A DNA stretch of 44,496 nt from NCBI GenBank assembly GCA_030691585.1, contig JAUYEC010000145.1, positions 1 through 44,496 on the forward strand, given 5' to 3'. This DNA comes from Candidatus Omnitrophota bacterium. Lineage in GTDB: Bacteria > Omnitrophota > Gorgyraeia > Gygaellales > Profunditerraquicolaceae. Position numbers and translations under genes: made by a program. Below, piece by piece: positions 16,901 through 19,955 of this stretch. Below the pieces are notes generated by a model. That model did no database searches, was not told the origin of the DNA, and was given only the letters and a program-made list of their open reading frames with translations. The first letter of the stretch is position 1. Each line of letters begins with the position of its first letter.

Positions 16901-19115
16901 TCACCACATGAAGGGAATTGATCTCGGCGCAAAACAAGAAATGATTACAACGCGGATCAAGGATATTACCGAAAAATACCGTGATCCGTGGTTGACCGAG
17001 CGGCTGGATTTTTCCCAGATTGGCAGTGAATGGAAGGAAACGCGTAAAAAAACAGATGATGAAAAAACGCAAGAATTCAGAGAACAAGACGAGATATTCG
17101 CTATCGGGGAGAGACATAACATTATGGCTCACGGGGTCGAGGAGGCCAAGGGTGGATTAAGAAATTTATTAAATATAATTCTGGAAGGTAGATTACGTAG
17201 TAACGCGGCGGGAGAATGGTTCATCGGCGAGTTAAGCGGCGGTAATTCGGAATATAAATCCGGGCCGCATGGGCCCTTTTATGCCGTTATAAATGCCGGG
17301 ATGGAACCTAATACGAATGGTGCGTTTTTATGGTATTTGGTGCCCAACACTAAAGATCAAACCGCCTTACGGGTTGCGATTGCCCAGGCGAGCAGGCAAG
17401 GATTAATTAACTCTGAGCTTGTGGCAAACGAAGGTCAAAAAGTCATTACCTATTCCGAATTCATTGCTAAATATGCTGTGGTTGATGTTTCTTCGGCTGC
17501 CGCTTCTGCGGCCGGCGGGGCAGCCGCTGTCGGCGGAAGAATCTATGATGCGGATCAATTAAGGGATGCGCTGGAAAAGAGAACACTTGTTTTTCTTTGG
17601 ATGACAGGCAAGGAGATGACAGCCGCGGAAGTCGATGATCGAGCGCAATTAGTCATGACAGACGATCAGGGTGGCTCTCTGCGTTTGTTCGGCGTTGGTG
17701 GCCCCGTAGACGTGGTCGCAAAAGTAGGTGATCATTATCAGATAAATCGCGGCGGCATGCCGGAAGAGCTTATCCGGCAAAGGCAGGAGCGAGAGCATCA
17801 GGCACGGGAAGCACAAGGCCAAGCAAGCGGCCCCGGCGCGGTGGCGCAGGCCCGGCCTGGCGAATCGACCGCATCCGTCAAAACCGCCGATTGGGAAAAC
17901 ACAATGACTGCTCCCGCTACTCTGCCGGCTAAGCCTGCTCGGTTCCGTTTTATTGTCCATGCTTTAAAATTATCAGACGATCCGGCCCACCTGGGATTGA
18001 TAGAGCGTGTCCGAGCAACAGGCAGACATGATCCTTCGCTAGAAATAAATCTGCTGAAAGAACCAAAGAGAATATCCGAGAAGCCGATAATCTCTACATC
18101 TGTGATTGATGAAACGCATATTTCTACGTGGGGGTATGGAGGGTATATTTTAGGTGTACCCGCCGATAATATATTAAGAACAGGCTCTCAGTTTGCCGCG
18201 ATGATTTTTGGAGGCGGCCAGGAACAGGCAGACAAGTTATATGCCGAGCGGGACAGTAAAGGGGTGCTTAGCCCGGGCGAGATATTAAAAAAGACCAAAG
18301 ATCAATGCAATGAAGTGGTTATTACGGGAAGAGGTAGAAGCGGAGAATTGGTCGAGATCGAAGGGGTATTTATTAAGATTGATTCGCAAGGTAAACCCCT
18401 TGAGGAAGAATTAGCCAGTAAATTAGTTGCTCTTGCCCGTCAAAATAACTGGCCGATAATTTTAATCAATGGGCCCCTTATAAAATACACAACCCCCGGC
18501 TTAGGGTGGCAAGATCGTAGCCAAAACGTTCAAGATATCTCCCCTCAAGATGTAGCTACTCATGTTAATCCCGGAGATCCCGCTGTTACAACTAATGAAA
18601 GCGGTCAATTGGTTTTTGATCTTGCTAAAGCGGGACAAGGTATTGCTCTGGCGCAGGCCCAACTCGTCACGGAGAAGGCGCAGAAAGATAAAGGCACAGG
18701 CGGTATAAATTTTACCGGCATGCCGATTGTGACGCAGCCGATGATTAGTCAGGGACGGTTCTCTGGGGGCGGCGCTGTAAACGCTTTGCCGAGAACCGTC
18801 CCTGTAGAGCTGATTAAGAAATGGCAAGAGATAGAGCGGCTGGTGAAAGCGGATATTATGCCGTCTCCGGAGAGGCTAAGGGAATATTTACAGGATTGTT
18901 ATGCCGGCGGATGTATGGATACGGAGATAGACAAGGTTTTGGGTTGCATTGCCGATATATTGAGAAAAGAAGAGGAGCGTGGCTGTTTGACTGAAGCGTC
19001 ATTAAAGGAAATTCTGGTTGCGTTGGAGCAGGAAAGTTCAGCCGCGAATTTGGCCGCGGCGTTGAATAAGATCAGCGTTTCACCGGGAGAGCCGCAATTA
19101 ATTCCCGGGGCATAG
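1878..19115 (+). CDS. giant secreted multidomain protein, 5,745 aa (peptidase, JAMM and ABC1-kinase signatures; mostly unknown function)
   Basis: There is no stop codon for 5,745 codons from ATG 1878 to TAG 19115. It has an N-terminal signal peptide and several catalytic motifs (listed as sub-features), and a hairpin plus T-tract follows downstream. An ORF this long cannot arise by chance. Confidence 0.9.
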   Translation: MIKITVRKIYKILTILLCFLLCFEQSGFAQVAGQLDISGYLTQLRQSWTTDKFRPLHLRYLSYDNLNNTFKLLLDKGDQSKDSVGTGLKPVPTTNGDSAPVGTEHRSVPNIETETKTLLNYFFIGVSLPNDTFWVNLRPDSPDNMIDPLLASTDVGKILLEADVQLKKDTAKWTSPDSPEGREYWDKLYQKAGEIFGSENITIPTLTRPWIVPDEIIIRESDTNAYIYKATLKVMLEEDYLNNNGRDGFETRPYNFDDPRLKELNVYSSQLIRELIIPKLTKEINISKRYAPLRQVYYSLIMAQWFKQKFYGLGGLYSSLIDKRDLSGLTSKEQWSKDTYFAAYQKSFKDGEYNFKEPVRTLFGQSIRSYFSGGCAITGDSVAAAYATGGRITAGANRRLPPELAKNGRFVDGKGGTPDDLALSGASPSQSVAAPSAQTAIKTATQNKDVRYFKLGDVICGAYDPVDGQMYFDFDAIKKALPDITKAQAVNLLYLHEAFHEVIDRVGIVIENEEALVNALAKEKLNITLTTEENGALAACRGGEAYKHLQGDAKGLLDYKPFAAEKIGTFEDPIGDFMLNLQRILPGAAFNKVQAAVFTQEFIKKLEGHGARFRTATMEAPADEATSITGTAAEEIDVTSYAESANGANGQEPRDGGRLKLRPLREDLSKMKLEADDLLPVGLGDSGADIAMRQKIAKIMNGLTVNIVFDQAREEEKYVYAQDVGSEWVNSQVKSLAARDEDMYKVGRALESALEQNIQFQIEKKILSYCQQNSRFLSRQHPLVEALQAYLDRTADPGKPKARLFVAIDGTEAMGFSFGNSIVVNLALIAALDTIDEAVSVLYHEQQHHERYWDRGSLGRGGVFAFINDISKSRLQEHEADLVTPEKLARVGLNTSALSDALLKIAGVRSQQDMTHGNVSRRVLANLIWHKKIDLEGGVTDGRAQVNIPMPSDWRPAEILPNVNERLLADGMSDFRRAVAEAPVDMLLGVLKSLVEKTGADNIDKLLFVISHLGKQVSSDARRAGYSPRQAELMALALLTKAGGTDDWLKLYLVTLGRASERIKEILRRAAVSALQEVNGDPLLDNRGAMAAGRQLFNADLNRAADIAARAFIYDRKVRQGLFADSLEVADDGYLIPAASELWQLANRRKAGQKEFFMQYAPLMTGWYVDNFWNNHPNDHANFLVLVAQLKAAHAHYRQLADVSQQELIGMYDVEVKLKSKLLNDPSAYAYSMRLVEMAIPNHIISAQEAIETLFEIKNEALDILITALRDKNEAAFLQLLAKHPDALLNSLENWHRERRLVELGENSPEIWSWLYETVKSNWHKDSFVFPSSIPDPGKKGLDLADSLGIRYAMEGRDDPITPDAKVQPGLSRLYYAIEIICWLKVRSSTERARMIEEFLGGQEAVSVVNSAPWIALESILRSLGSGGFSNVNAPDDETNEIQKACRDRVLNTLPFLRVRDGLLVYLAAAEDLRQGGKIFGKLSESWDLYGRSWGKIKAQGFSEAHNRWLAPANRGYCELLKRALSSLDIASEPEEARNFYFKLAEFLPPGAERSGVLRAYAMRLVEQLPRGELHWFLNELSRQGQMDRQIYEHFVQVRVKTYREDFREFKNFLKQNINELVTSGDLKLSGLTALDTVLDQILNENLAREVFVAMLGSGKNDAALQALLVPYWYQAMAHTEGLGYYIINNNGRLEVAGVNKPRFVSFPQFMDTLYNISPVVKLMILEKLLLSPNGLLHQSKEADANYGKKEFAAALAQNLPQDGELSGLIRDVLFASGESLEAEVMFLALANPLLSQFLQRPPSGIRTNNTELAEAIKNNLNKHHSFSDKVLAAVGRHDISAYADFLDRYNSITATNVKAGWETEAGISSLYDSLTQSFGFRPTEASSKGPQVSAASGPMNIIVEACQSLGPVGVRFLQVLGQYMDIPEEYQEKFRDIYDSTKGQDKLIAFNTLDALYYAAIDHPENQELAEIKKFIDEDLVSLDSQIGGGSIVTVFLVTVRDRDASGHICETTHQEVLKIRNPNAEMWVRQTQERALKIVDVLERQARQRGDSKSKIKQFTVARRVLRDIGEWVIQDIRDTSFMELDAHYSKAHEGAVATNGMKVRVSQAKRPNNKDVKRESLVPGITLNKLLKLASSPKPIEELIREADDAYTLELLQQAKKEGLAPAEILKRATAAVIEDFSRGLAEPAFTENGRGVYLLHSDVHFGNAIITPDLKAVYLIDRNLYLRMDKADVDFVRKIATGKASDKFATLRAIVDYFLGLPENRGSVLLSGWGFLRRFGLAREIGLKVRASGSSSPFVTMMMVLQELESRNVVIPLRMRIMFKNLASINAMLAKTGAGNFSDYVKAAERNAHEPLAAGSRMPERLSAESVITDKQELSLFVVQHDISWTLRPDEGTLGIQDIKDSRLTALSMAEDGESGDITYDGKRLHFYRVNKDGKEFYLIVTGGIAEPDPRRVPGAAAQESRTQREQQPDKQLDQDPKPQMTRRAFLLGAAGATTAAALIVAAGRLIKEKRLPVPQDQELLDIFKQGESYWRTISDDPENVPLPDRLALGKLMWEIGETVDIGFRQETATGAYDGARRLYSSQELLDAVFGVQREALDRGDFDNEKRKIKELILYLAEQVFRKELRNPQGSGSVASSIERVLEKLVEIGTNPGSFFPSPNREVIKEEVKGFSFYLEVKKRSYITGQSKTEEVVSEKEQQEQIFLMKARLAFQLYYYFPAFKEEILGKRLIKVNIHLADNMADFERMGAAMNGVTNPYAFEVIEAPVHGSYSKAMRSLSFPLRSLYLRQSLGDDISLHEMGHLISYILGWGDERQAEKIARAILKLNSSAYRKVFPIKKGKIILPKADDYGSRDYSKKDIEMVYAPYSPDKETFANLFMLCEIGTDFPEIVNSGITENERDGEEAKAIYSILSAWRQFLLEHGYKGNPPWFKKGKSLSAEANTAATAARITYDAQQLRQSLQDGSLDLRGVEGSGISEKDLEAWRARQAQGQPAAQTQNVPSAAAKIAEEQWGDEGEDVSAGSARDAVDLSKLTRINSISEILVSPRFIEYGQAIRTGSKPKDNLYGEIVILDADPTTAELEEIANLPYEMALFKIKDGRWVVGVGNGHSPPLRMYKDNQLKAMVIIAIHNHPGEGLVPSPEDIGAVEGMERATHVILAGKIAMIYRGLDAAQKRKLEAGFAERMGMPEAASAPMPNAATIELKARWEEIKAQMAAEIRQTGVTISVDEQCRRILKVYQDIGMDFRTLSIPGLVARLDLSSADTFVVPGALITALEKEGLVGRSFEQALLGMHRGYKAEIENEYPAFANLLAQPGNRLDWHHIIQAVADHKYVRWLARQLGASYEDVFLRFNASSIGPQDQLSFADKQKVINALLASVHSVYFDSKGRSVNMQGYLEDYYGPLGVKVSVRFEEATGALREDVIKKALWGRMKTDKALGILNILREGGMPALKQRPEFLDIAKAIEPIWNAEVPIPIVLINSQGRTFETIIVAAKITKEGVSGPATAAVVLPLKNIQGEIILMDVIKDIETTQGVFDLLGKLIHELDHAVLMTVTGRQIYHASIFAEGAAEESFAAFMAAQDGPMSRNGVDGLDYDSAIRLFDRQADPDRGAVPYTAGWLMAHAYRGVMGEQAYFDLFYNPDKYAQAQPVADAFIGDLEQVLAPRRPIYRTLFSPVSAPAVTSAAVGERRYAAPEIRQMMQGKTLDLRSMTGAPADITDDTILVLTPDSEYIIRNGAHMAVHKRDNYYWIEGGGMPEELIRARQERERQAQVGQGQTSGPGAAERGDRETVKRNLRAAIQLADARAKTASDSYYKHSQILATAKEDLANFERGISSLKAQLGYADNNIKSKQQILNTLLGNQNQDFANMGFWERRKNKGANAPYAAPIASAQEKLRELNAKKQELQYSLTEKTVALEEQKQKVVSLQAENDQLAKTNDEAKQVSLALAIIDDMGTKQMLTPEDQMHIVAPERLSAIARTAPAGYIRQTIYLAAKGKIETGDQAKPWLLERLKNDFNNTSPLVNSYSLETLSMETVDRTKKFLSQADFDNKSTDAQYVFSEMQKQGIDLASADLPETFARILAERDIRSAQGEGQGTGKVSLVSVQRDHFMARYNRENISRMSMERYLALYGQTAAKDYVIHGFSWASPKFPQVLAEGKLKPSAPYQKTTFGTGAQTHSVHFSVNESAYNNPIGLFAPIGAVIQNVPFQMMTNSEMASLANDWPVAGDQEVTLDIGILLVPDILDPAKSFDGQRLAEIDLRWQSASKAQQLSMLAEARRNIQSLIQQGQRVYFYKANLDHIYYMSSGVEQLLRDKAEFVKRGGTVDETFLNKIVNPDKHTPQEIRIAGDLEYSHNVALTDSQEDTYKFSHSQPGYTNTKGQGLFVKVTAFRQGGVKETNFGASETVQSSLNARQIRDALDNGKLDLRGAAGGVITEAIIDDSAVLDLTPRAEYIILNGARRAVHKVGDHYEIGAESGGMPEELIRARQERQRQAQGQPASQPPSGPSAAEDGTRGVVYYHQSDVEIDGSLGPSKTDVLAGVWLKREPADLRLQGKSLGRYQYVVQVSDKTEKNTLTVTKITRWVGKAGEPRDKTQGTLQDFLIENGRQDLAERLQRGYTKLPGAEFLTALRHDLTEFLLLRGYKYIEFTDAGDIVGRGFVEFPAVIALETASLSISGREFTPVAVAAGEENRTIGNGIAVGFKTSQGSAYTLNGTSTQRNKTSHAFHDPKDVGVKPTSERTYYVAPEAAKWIGAFQGLEGGIEHRRIYINNEGVSTIAFHKTKNRWVRFDGPFKISNTPQIGLCPLELWGEDSQAGNAYSYNEWHPGNQIVEIVYGDTQIAQKEEQPPSVPGAAATSVTLIKADIFQDIADRYEGASWDPSLFDDEDYLNAEGKYNQEPAYRFRNRIPHYLAAVERLGQIRATVAEGKQLTQEQLILIKTIEVHFRLRGYLWYWEETGKSRVTFPAKVTLSRALNMLFGQVNDLDHMLDFFELMLLRHVNSFAHHMKGIDLGAKQEMITTRIKDITEKYRDPWLTERLDFSQIGSEWKETRKKTDDEKTQEFREQDEIFAIGERHNIMAHGVEEAKGGLRNLLNIILEGRLRSNAAGEWFIGELSGGNSEYKSGPHGPFYAVINAGMEPNTNGAFLWYLVPNTKDQTALRVAIAQASRQGLINSELVANEGQKVITYSEFIAKYAVVDVSSAAASAAGGAAAVGGRIYDADQLRDALEKRTLVFLWMTGKEMTAAEVDDRAQLVMTDDQGGSLRLFGVGGPVDVVAKVGDHYQINRGGMPEELIRQRQEREHQAREAQGQASGPGAVAQARPGESTASVKTADWENTMTAPATLPAKPARFRFIVHALKLSDDPAHLGLIERVRATGRHDPSLEINLLKEPKRISEKPIISTSVIDETHISTWGYGGYILGVPADNILRTGSQFAAMIFGGGQEQADKLYAERDSKGVLSPGEILKKTKDQCNEVVITGRGRSGELVEIEGVFIKIDSQGKPLEEELASKLVALARQNNWPIILINGPLIKYTTPGLGWQDRSQNVQDISPQDVATHVNPGDPAVTTNESGQLVFDLAKAGQGIALAQAQLVTEKAQKDKGTGGINFTGMPIVTQPMISQGRFSGGGAVNALPRTVPVELIKKWQEIERLVKADIMPSPERLREYLQDCYAGGCMDTEIDKVLGCIADILRKEEERGCLTEASLKEILVALEQESSAANLAAALNKISVSPGEPQLIPGA
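2126..2156. repeat. family-A palindrome (A2) inside the giant ORF, in frame
   Basis: TGTAGGGACAGGTTTGAAACCTGTCCCTACA, identical to the intergenic copy at 1830. It is translated as S-VGTGLKPVPT-T. Confidence 0.95.
2177..2208. repeat. family-A palindrome variant inside the giant ORF, in frame
   Basis: TGTAGGGACAGAAC-ATC-GTTCTGTCCCTAACA. The outer GTAGGGACAG/CTGTCCCTA(A)C clamp is kept and the inner stem differs but stays complementary. It is translated as PVGTEHRSVPNI. Confidence 0.85.
2610..2640. repeat. family-A palindrome (A1/A2 hybrid) inside the giant ORF, in frame
   Basis: GGTAGGGACGGGTTTGAAACCCGCCCCTACA with one arm mismatch. It is translated as NGRDGFETRPYN. Confidence 0.9.
3363..3377 (+). 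other. HExxH motif 1 of the giant protein (HEAFH, aa 496-500)
   Basis: LLYLHEAFHEVIDRV read in frame. Only the pentapeptide is recognisable and no family can be assigned. Confidence 0.35.
4281..4661 (+). other. M48 (HtpX/Ste24/BepA)-like zinc metallopeptidase core in the giant protein (aa ~802-928)
   Basis: ARLFVAIDGTEAMGFSFGNSIVVNLALIAALDTIDEAVSVLYHEQQHHE ... SRLQEHEADLVTPEKLARVGLNTSALSDALLKI ... THGNVSRRV. This matches the M48 layout: NAFA-like strand, HExxH, downstream E-x-x-AD, and a terminal H-P/G-x-x-x-R. Confidence 0.6.
7575..8610 (+). other. ABC1/UbiB (ADCK)-type atypical protein-kinase-like core in the giant protein (aa ~1900-2245)
   Basis: Three family-order elements are present. 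GPVGVRFLQVLGQYMDIPEEYQEKFRDIYD matches the K-x-GQ...P-x-E-x-x-x-L-x-x-L-x-D helix. SQIGGGSIVTVFLVTV...EVLKIRNPN matches the nucleotide-binding strands. LLHSDVHFGNAII...VYLIDRN matches the H-x-D-x-H-x-G-N catalytic loop. Confidence 0.7.
9342..9434 (+). other. internal Met followed by a twin-arginine-signal-like / transmembrane segment (aa 2489-2519)
   Basis: ...QDPKPQ-M-TRRAFLLGAAGATTAAALIVAAG-RLIKEKR. T-R-R-x-F-L matches the Tat consensus and is followed by an Ala/Gly-rich hydrophobic stretch and a basic c-region. A Q/P/D/K-rich low-complexity linker precedes it. Confidence 0.6.
10290..10304 (+). other. HExxH motif 3 of the giant protein (HEMGH, aa 2805-2809)
   Basis: DDISLHEMGHLISYILGWGDE read in frame. 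No family could be assigned. Confidence 0.4.
10746..10912 (+). repeat. giant-ORF spacer module, short form (a)
   Basis: ITYDAQQLRQSLQDGSLDLRGVEG...WRARQAQGQPAAQTQNVPSAAA. It shares the head (x-Y-D-A-x-Q-L-R-x-x-L-x-x-G-x-L-D-L-R-G) and the tail (QAQGQPA...VP-x-AAA) with modules b-d. The nucleotides CAAGGACAGCCTGCG are identical to module c. Confidence 0.8.
11088..11405 (+). other. JAB/MPN+ (JAMM) metalloisopeptidase-like domain in the giant protein (aa ~3071-3176)
   Basis: MVIIAIHNHPGEGLVPSPEDI gives H3137-x-H3139-x7-S3147-x2-D3150, which is exactly the JAMM H-x-H-x7-S-x2-D zinc-site signature. Confidence 0.7.
12312..12791 (+). other. gluzincin-type metallopeptidase-like domain in the giant protein (HELDH-x18-E, aa ~3479-3638)
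   Basis: LGKLIHELDHAVLMTVTGRQIYHASIFAEGAAEESFA. This is HExxH (aa 3550-3554) followed after 18 residues by E in an F-A-E-G context, the spacing seen in M1/MA-clan gluzincins. Confidence 0.55.
12958..13250 (+). repeat. giant-ORF spacer module, full form (b)
   Basis: RRYAAPEIRQMMQGKTLDLRS...ILVLTPDSEYIIRNGAHMAVHKRDNYYWIEGGGMPEELIRARQERERQAQVGQGQTSGPGAAE. ATGCCGGAGGAGCTTATTCGGGCAAGGCAAGAGCG is nearly identical at nucleotide level to modules c and d. Confidence 0.85.
13260..13748 (+). other. long coiled-coil segment of the giant protein (aa ~3795-3957)
   Basis: Heptad-like, K/E/Q/L-rich sequence without Pro/Gly over long runs: ...ILATAKEDLANFERGISSLKAQL...QEKLRELNAKKQELQYSLTEKTVALEEQKQKVVSLQAENDQLAKTNDEAKQ. 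Confidence 0.6.
15121..15422 (+). repeat. giant-ORF spacer module, full form (c)
   Basis: LNARQIRDALDNGKLDLRGAAG...AVLDLTPRAEYIILNGARRAVHKVGDHYEIGAESGGMPEELIRARQERQRQAQGQPASQPPSGPSAAE. Confidence 0.85.
17538..17850 (+). repeat. giant-ORF spacer module, full form (d)
   Basis: RIYDADQLRDALEKRTL...AQLVMTDDQGGSLRLFGVGGPVDVVAKVGDHYQINRGGMPEELIRQRQEREHQAREAQGQASGPGAVAQ. Confidence 0.85.
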
Positions 19116-19123
19116 TATTGCGA

Positions 19124-19154
19124 TGTAGGGACAGCATAATATGCTGTCCCGACA
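19124..19154. repeat. family-A palindrome (A3 subtype): TGTAGGGACAGCATAATATGCTGTCCCGACA
   Basis: It starts 9 nt after the giant-ORF stop. The inner stem ACAGCATA/TATGCTGT surrounds a central A, and the 3' clamp has one change (CCCGAC instead of CCCTAC). Confidence 0.9.
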
Positions 19155-19166
19155 AAAAATTGAGAC

Positions 19167-19237
19167 AAAAAGGGGCGCCCCTGCCTTAAAGGTTTATCAG
19201 CCGAAAAAGGCCCATCATCAGGCGCCCCTTTATTTTG
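19167..19237 (+). terminator. candidate intrinsic terminator of the giant ORF
   Basis: The 11-bp stem AAAGGGGCGCC (19169-19179) / GGCGCCCCTTT (19221-19231) is followed by ATTTTG. The 41-nt loop has a small inner stem (GCCTT/AAGGC). This long loop lowers confidence. Confidence 0.5.
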
Positions 19238-19247
19238 CAAAAATGCA

Positions 19248-19276
19248 TTGACAAATTAAATATTATTGGTAATAAT
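19248..19276 (+). promoter_or_regulatory. sigma70-type promoter of the wHTH-NTase/HEPN pair
   Basis: Consensus TTGACA (19248-19253), a 16-17-nt spacer, then TAATAAT (19270-19276). Confidence 0.6.
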
Positions 19277-19306
19277 AGTTACCAATTGGTAACTATTATT
19301 ACCAAT
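19265..19306. promoter_or_regulatory. 42-bp perfect palindrome (putative operator) spanning the -10 box to the ATG
   Basis: ATTGGTAATAATAGTTACCAA|TTGGTAACTATTATTACCAAT, checked base by base. It consists of two abutting TTGGTAA-n6-TTACCAA inverted repeats. It overlaps the -10 element and the annotated ATG at 19305. Confidence 0.7.
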
Positions 19307-19955
19307 GGAGGAGGTAGGATTGTTATTGGATAGGCCGCTTGATAATATCTTAGGACAGTATTCCAAGGTAAAAATACTGCGGTTCCTGGTTAAAAGCCAG
19401 GCGCAGTTGAACGGACGGGAGATCGCCAAGAATGTCGGCTTATCCCATGTAAAAGTCCACACTGCCTTGAAAGATCTAACTAATCAAGGCGTAGTGAATA
19501 TGCGTTCAGTGGGCAGTTCCCTGATTTACTGGCTTAATGAAGAACATTTCTTAGTCAGGGAAATTATAAGGCCCGCGTTTGAGAAAGAAGAGTCTCTTTT
19601 AAAATATGCCGCTAAAATTATCTTGGGAGAAATTTCTCCCCCGCGGCCTTTAAGCATTATTCTTTTCGGAAGTTTTGCCAAAGGCAGCGCATCGGCTGAT
19701 AGCGATATAGATGCCGCCATTGTGTATCCATGCGGCAAGAATAAATCGCTTATTGCGAAAGAATTATCAGAGGCGGAGAAGAAGATAACCTCGCTTTTTG
19801 GGAATCACTTGGCAAGCGTGCCGTTTTCGATACTTGAATTTCAAAAGAAATTAAAGAAAAAAAGCGCCTTTATTAACGAAATTATCCGCACCGGCAAGGT
19901 CATCTACGGGAAAGATATATCCGAATTAATCAGCGCAAATGACAAAAGAGATTAG
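19305..19955 (+). CDS. winged-helix DNA-binding domain fused to a minimal nucleotidyltransferase (MNT/MntA-like antitoxin candidate)
   Basis: The N-terminal half, GREIAKNVGLSHVKVHTALKDLTNQGVV, is a MarR/ArsR-like wHTH. The C-terminal half, IILFGSFAKGSASADSDIDAAIV, is the G-S-x9-10-D-x-D NTase motif. An alternative in-frame TTG at 19320 lies 5 nt after GGAGGAGG. Confidence 0.75.
   Translation: MEEVGLLLDRPLDNILGQYSKVKILRFLVKSQAQLNGREIAKNVGLSHVKVHTALKDLTNQGVVNMRSVGSSLIYWLNEEHFLVREIIRPAFEKEESLLKYAAKIILGEISPPRPLSIILFGSFAKGSASADSDIDAAIVYPCGKNKSLIAKELSEAEKKITSLFGNHLASVPFSILEFQKKLKKKSAFINEIIRTGKVIYGKDISELISANDKRD

Noticed and set aside
1878-19115. The giant ORF as an assembly artefact, a fused pseudogene string or a repetitive adhesin.
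   Set aside because: A 17-kb stretch free of stops in one frame, with coherent motifs throughout, cannot be accidental. The internal spacer modules are diverged (not identical), so repeat collapse is unlikely. There is no long tandem Ig/RTX-type array. Read-level validation is still recommended in the findings.
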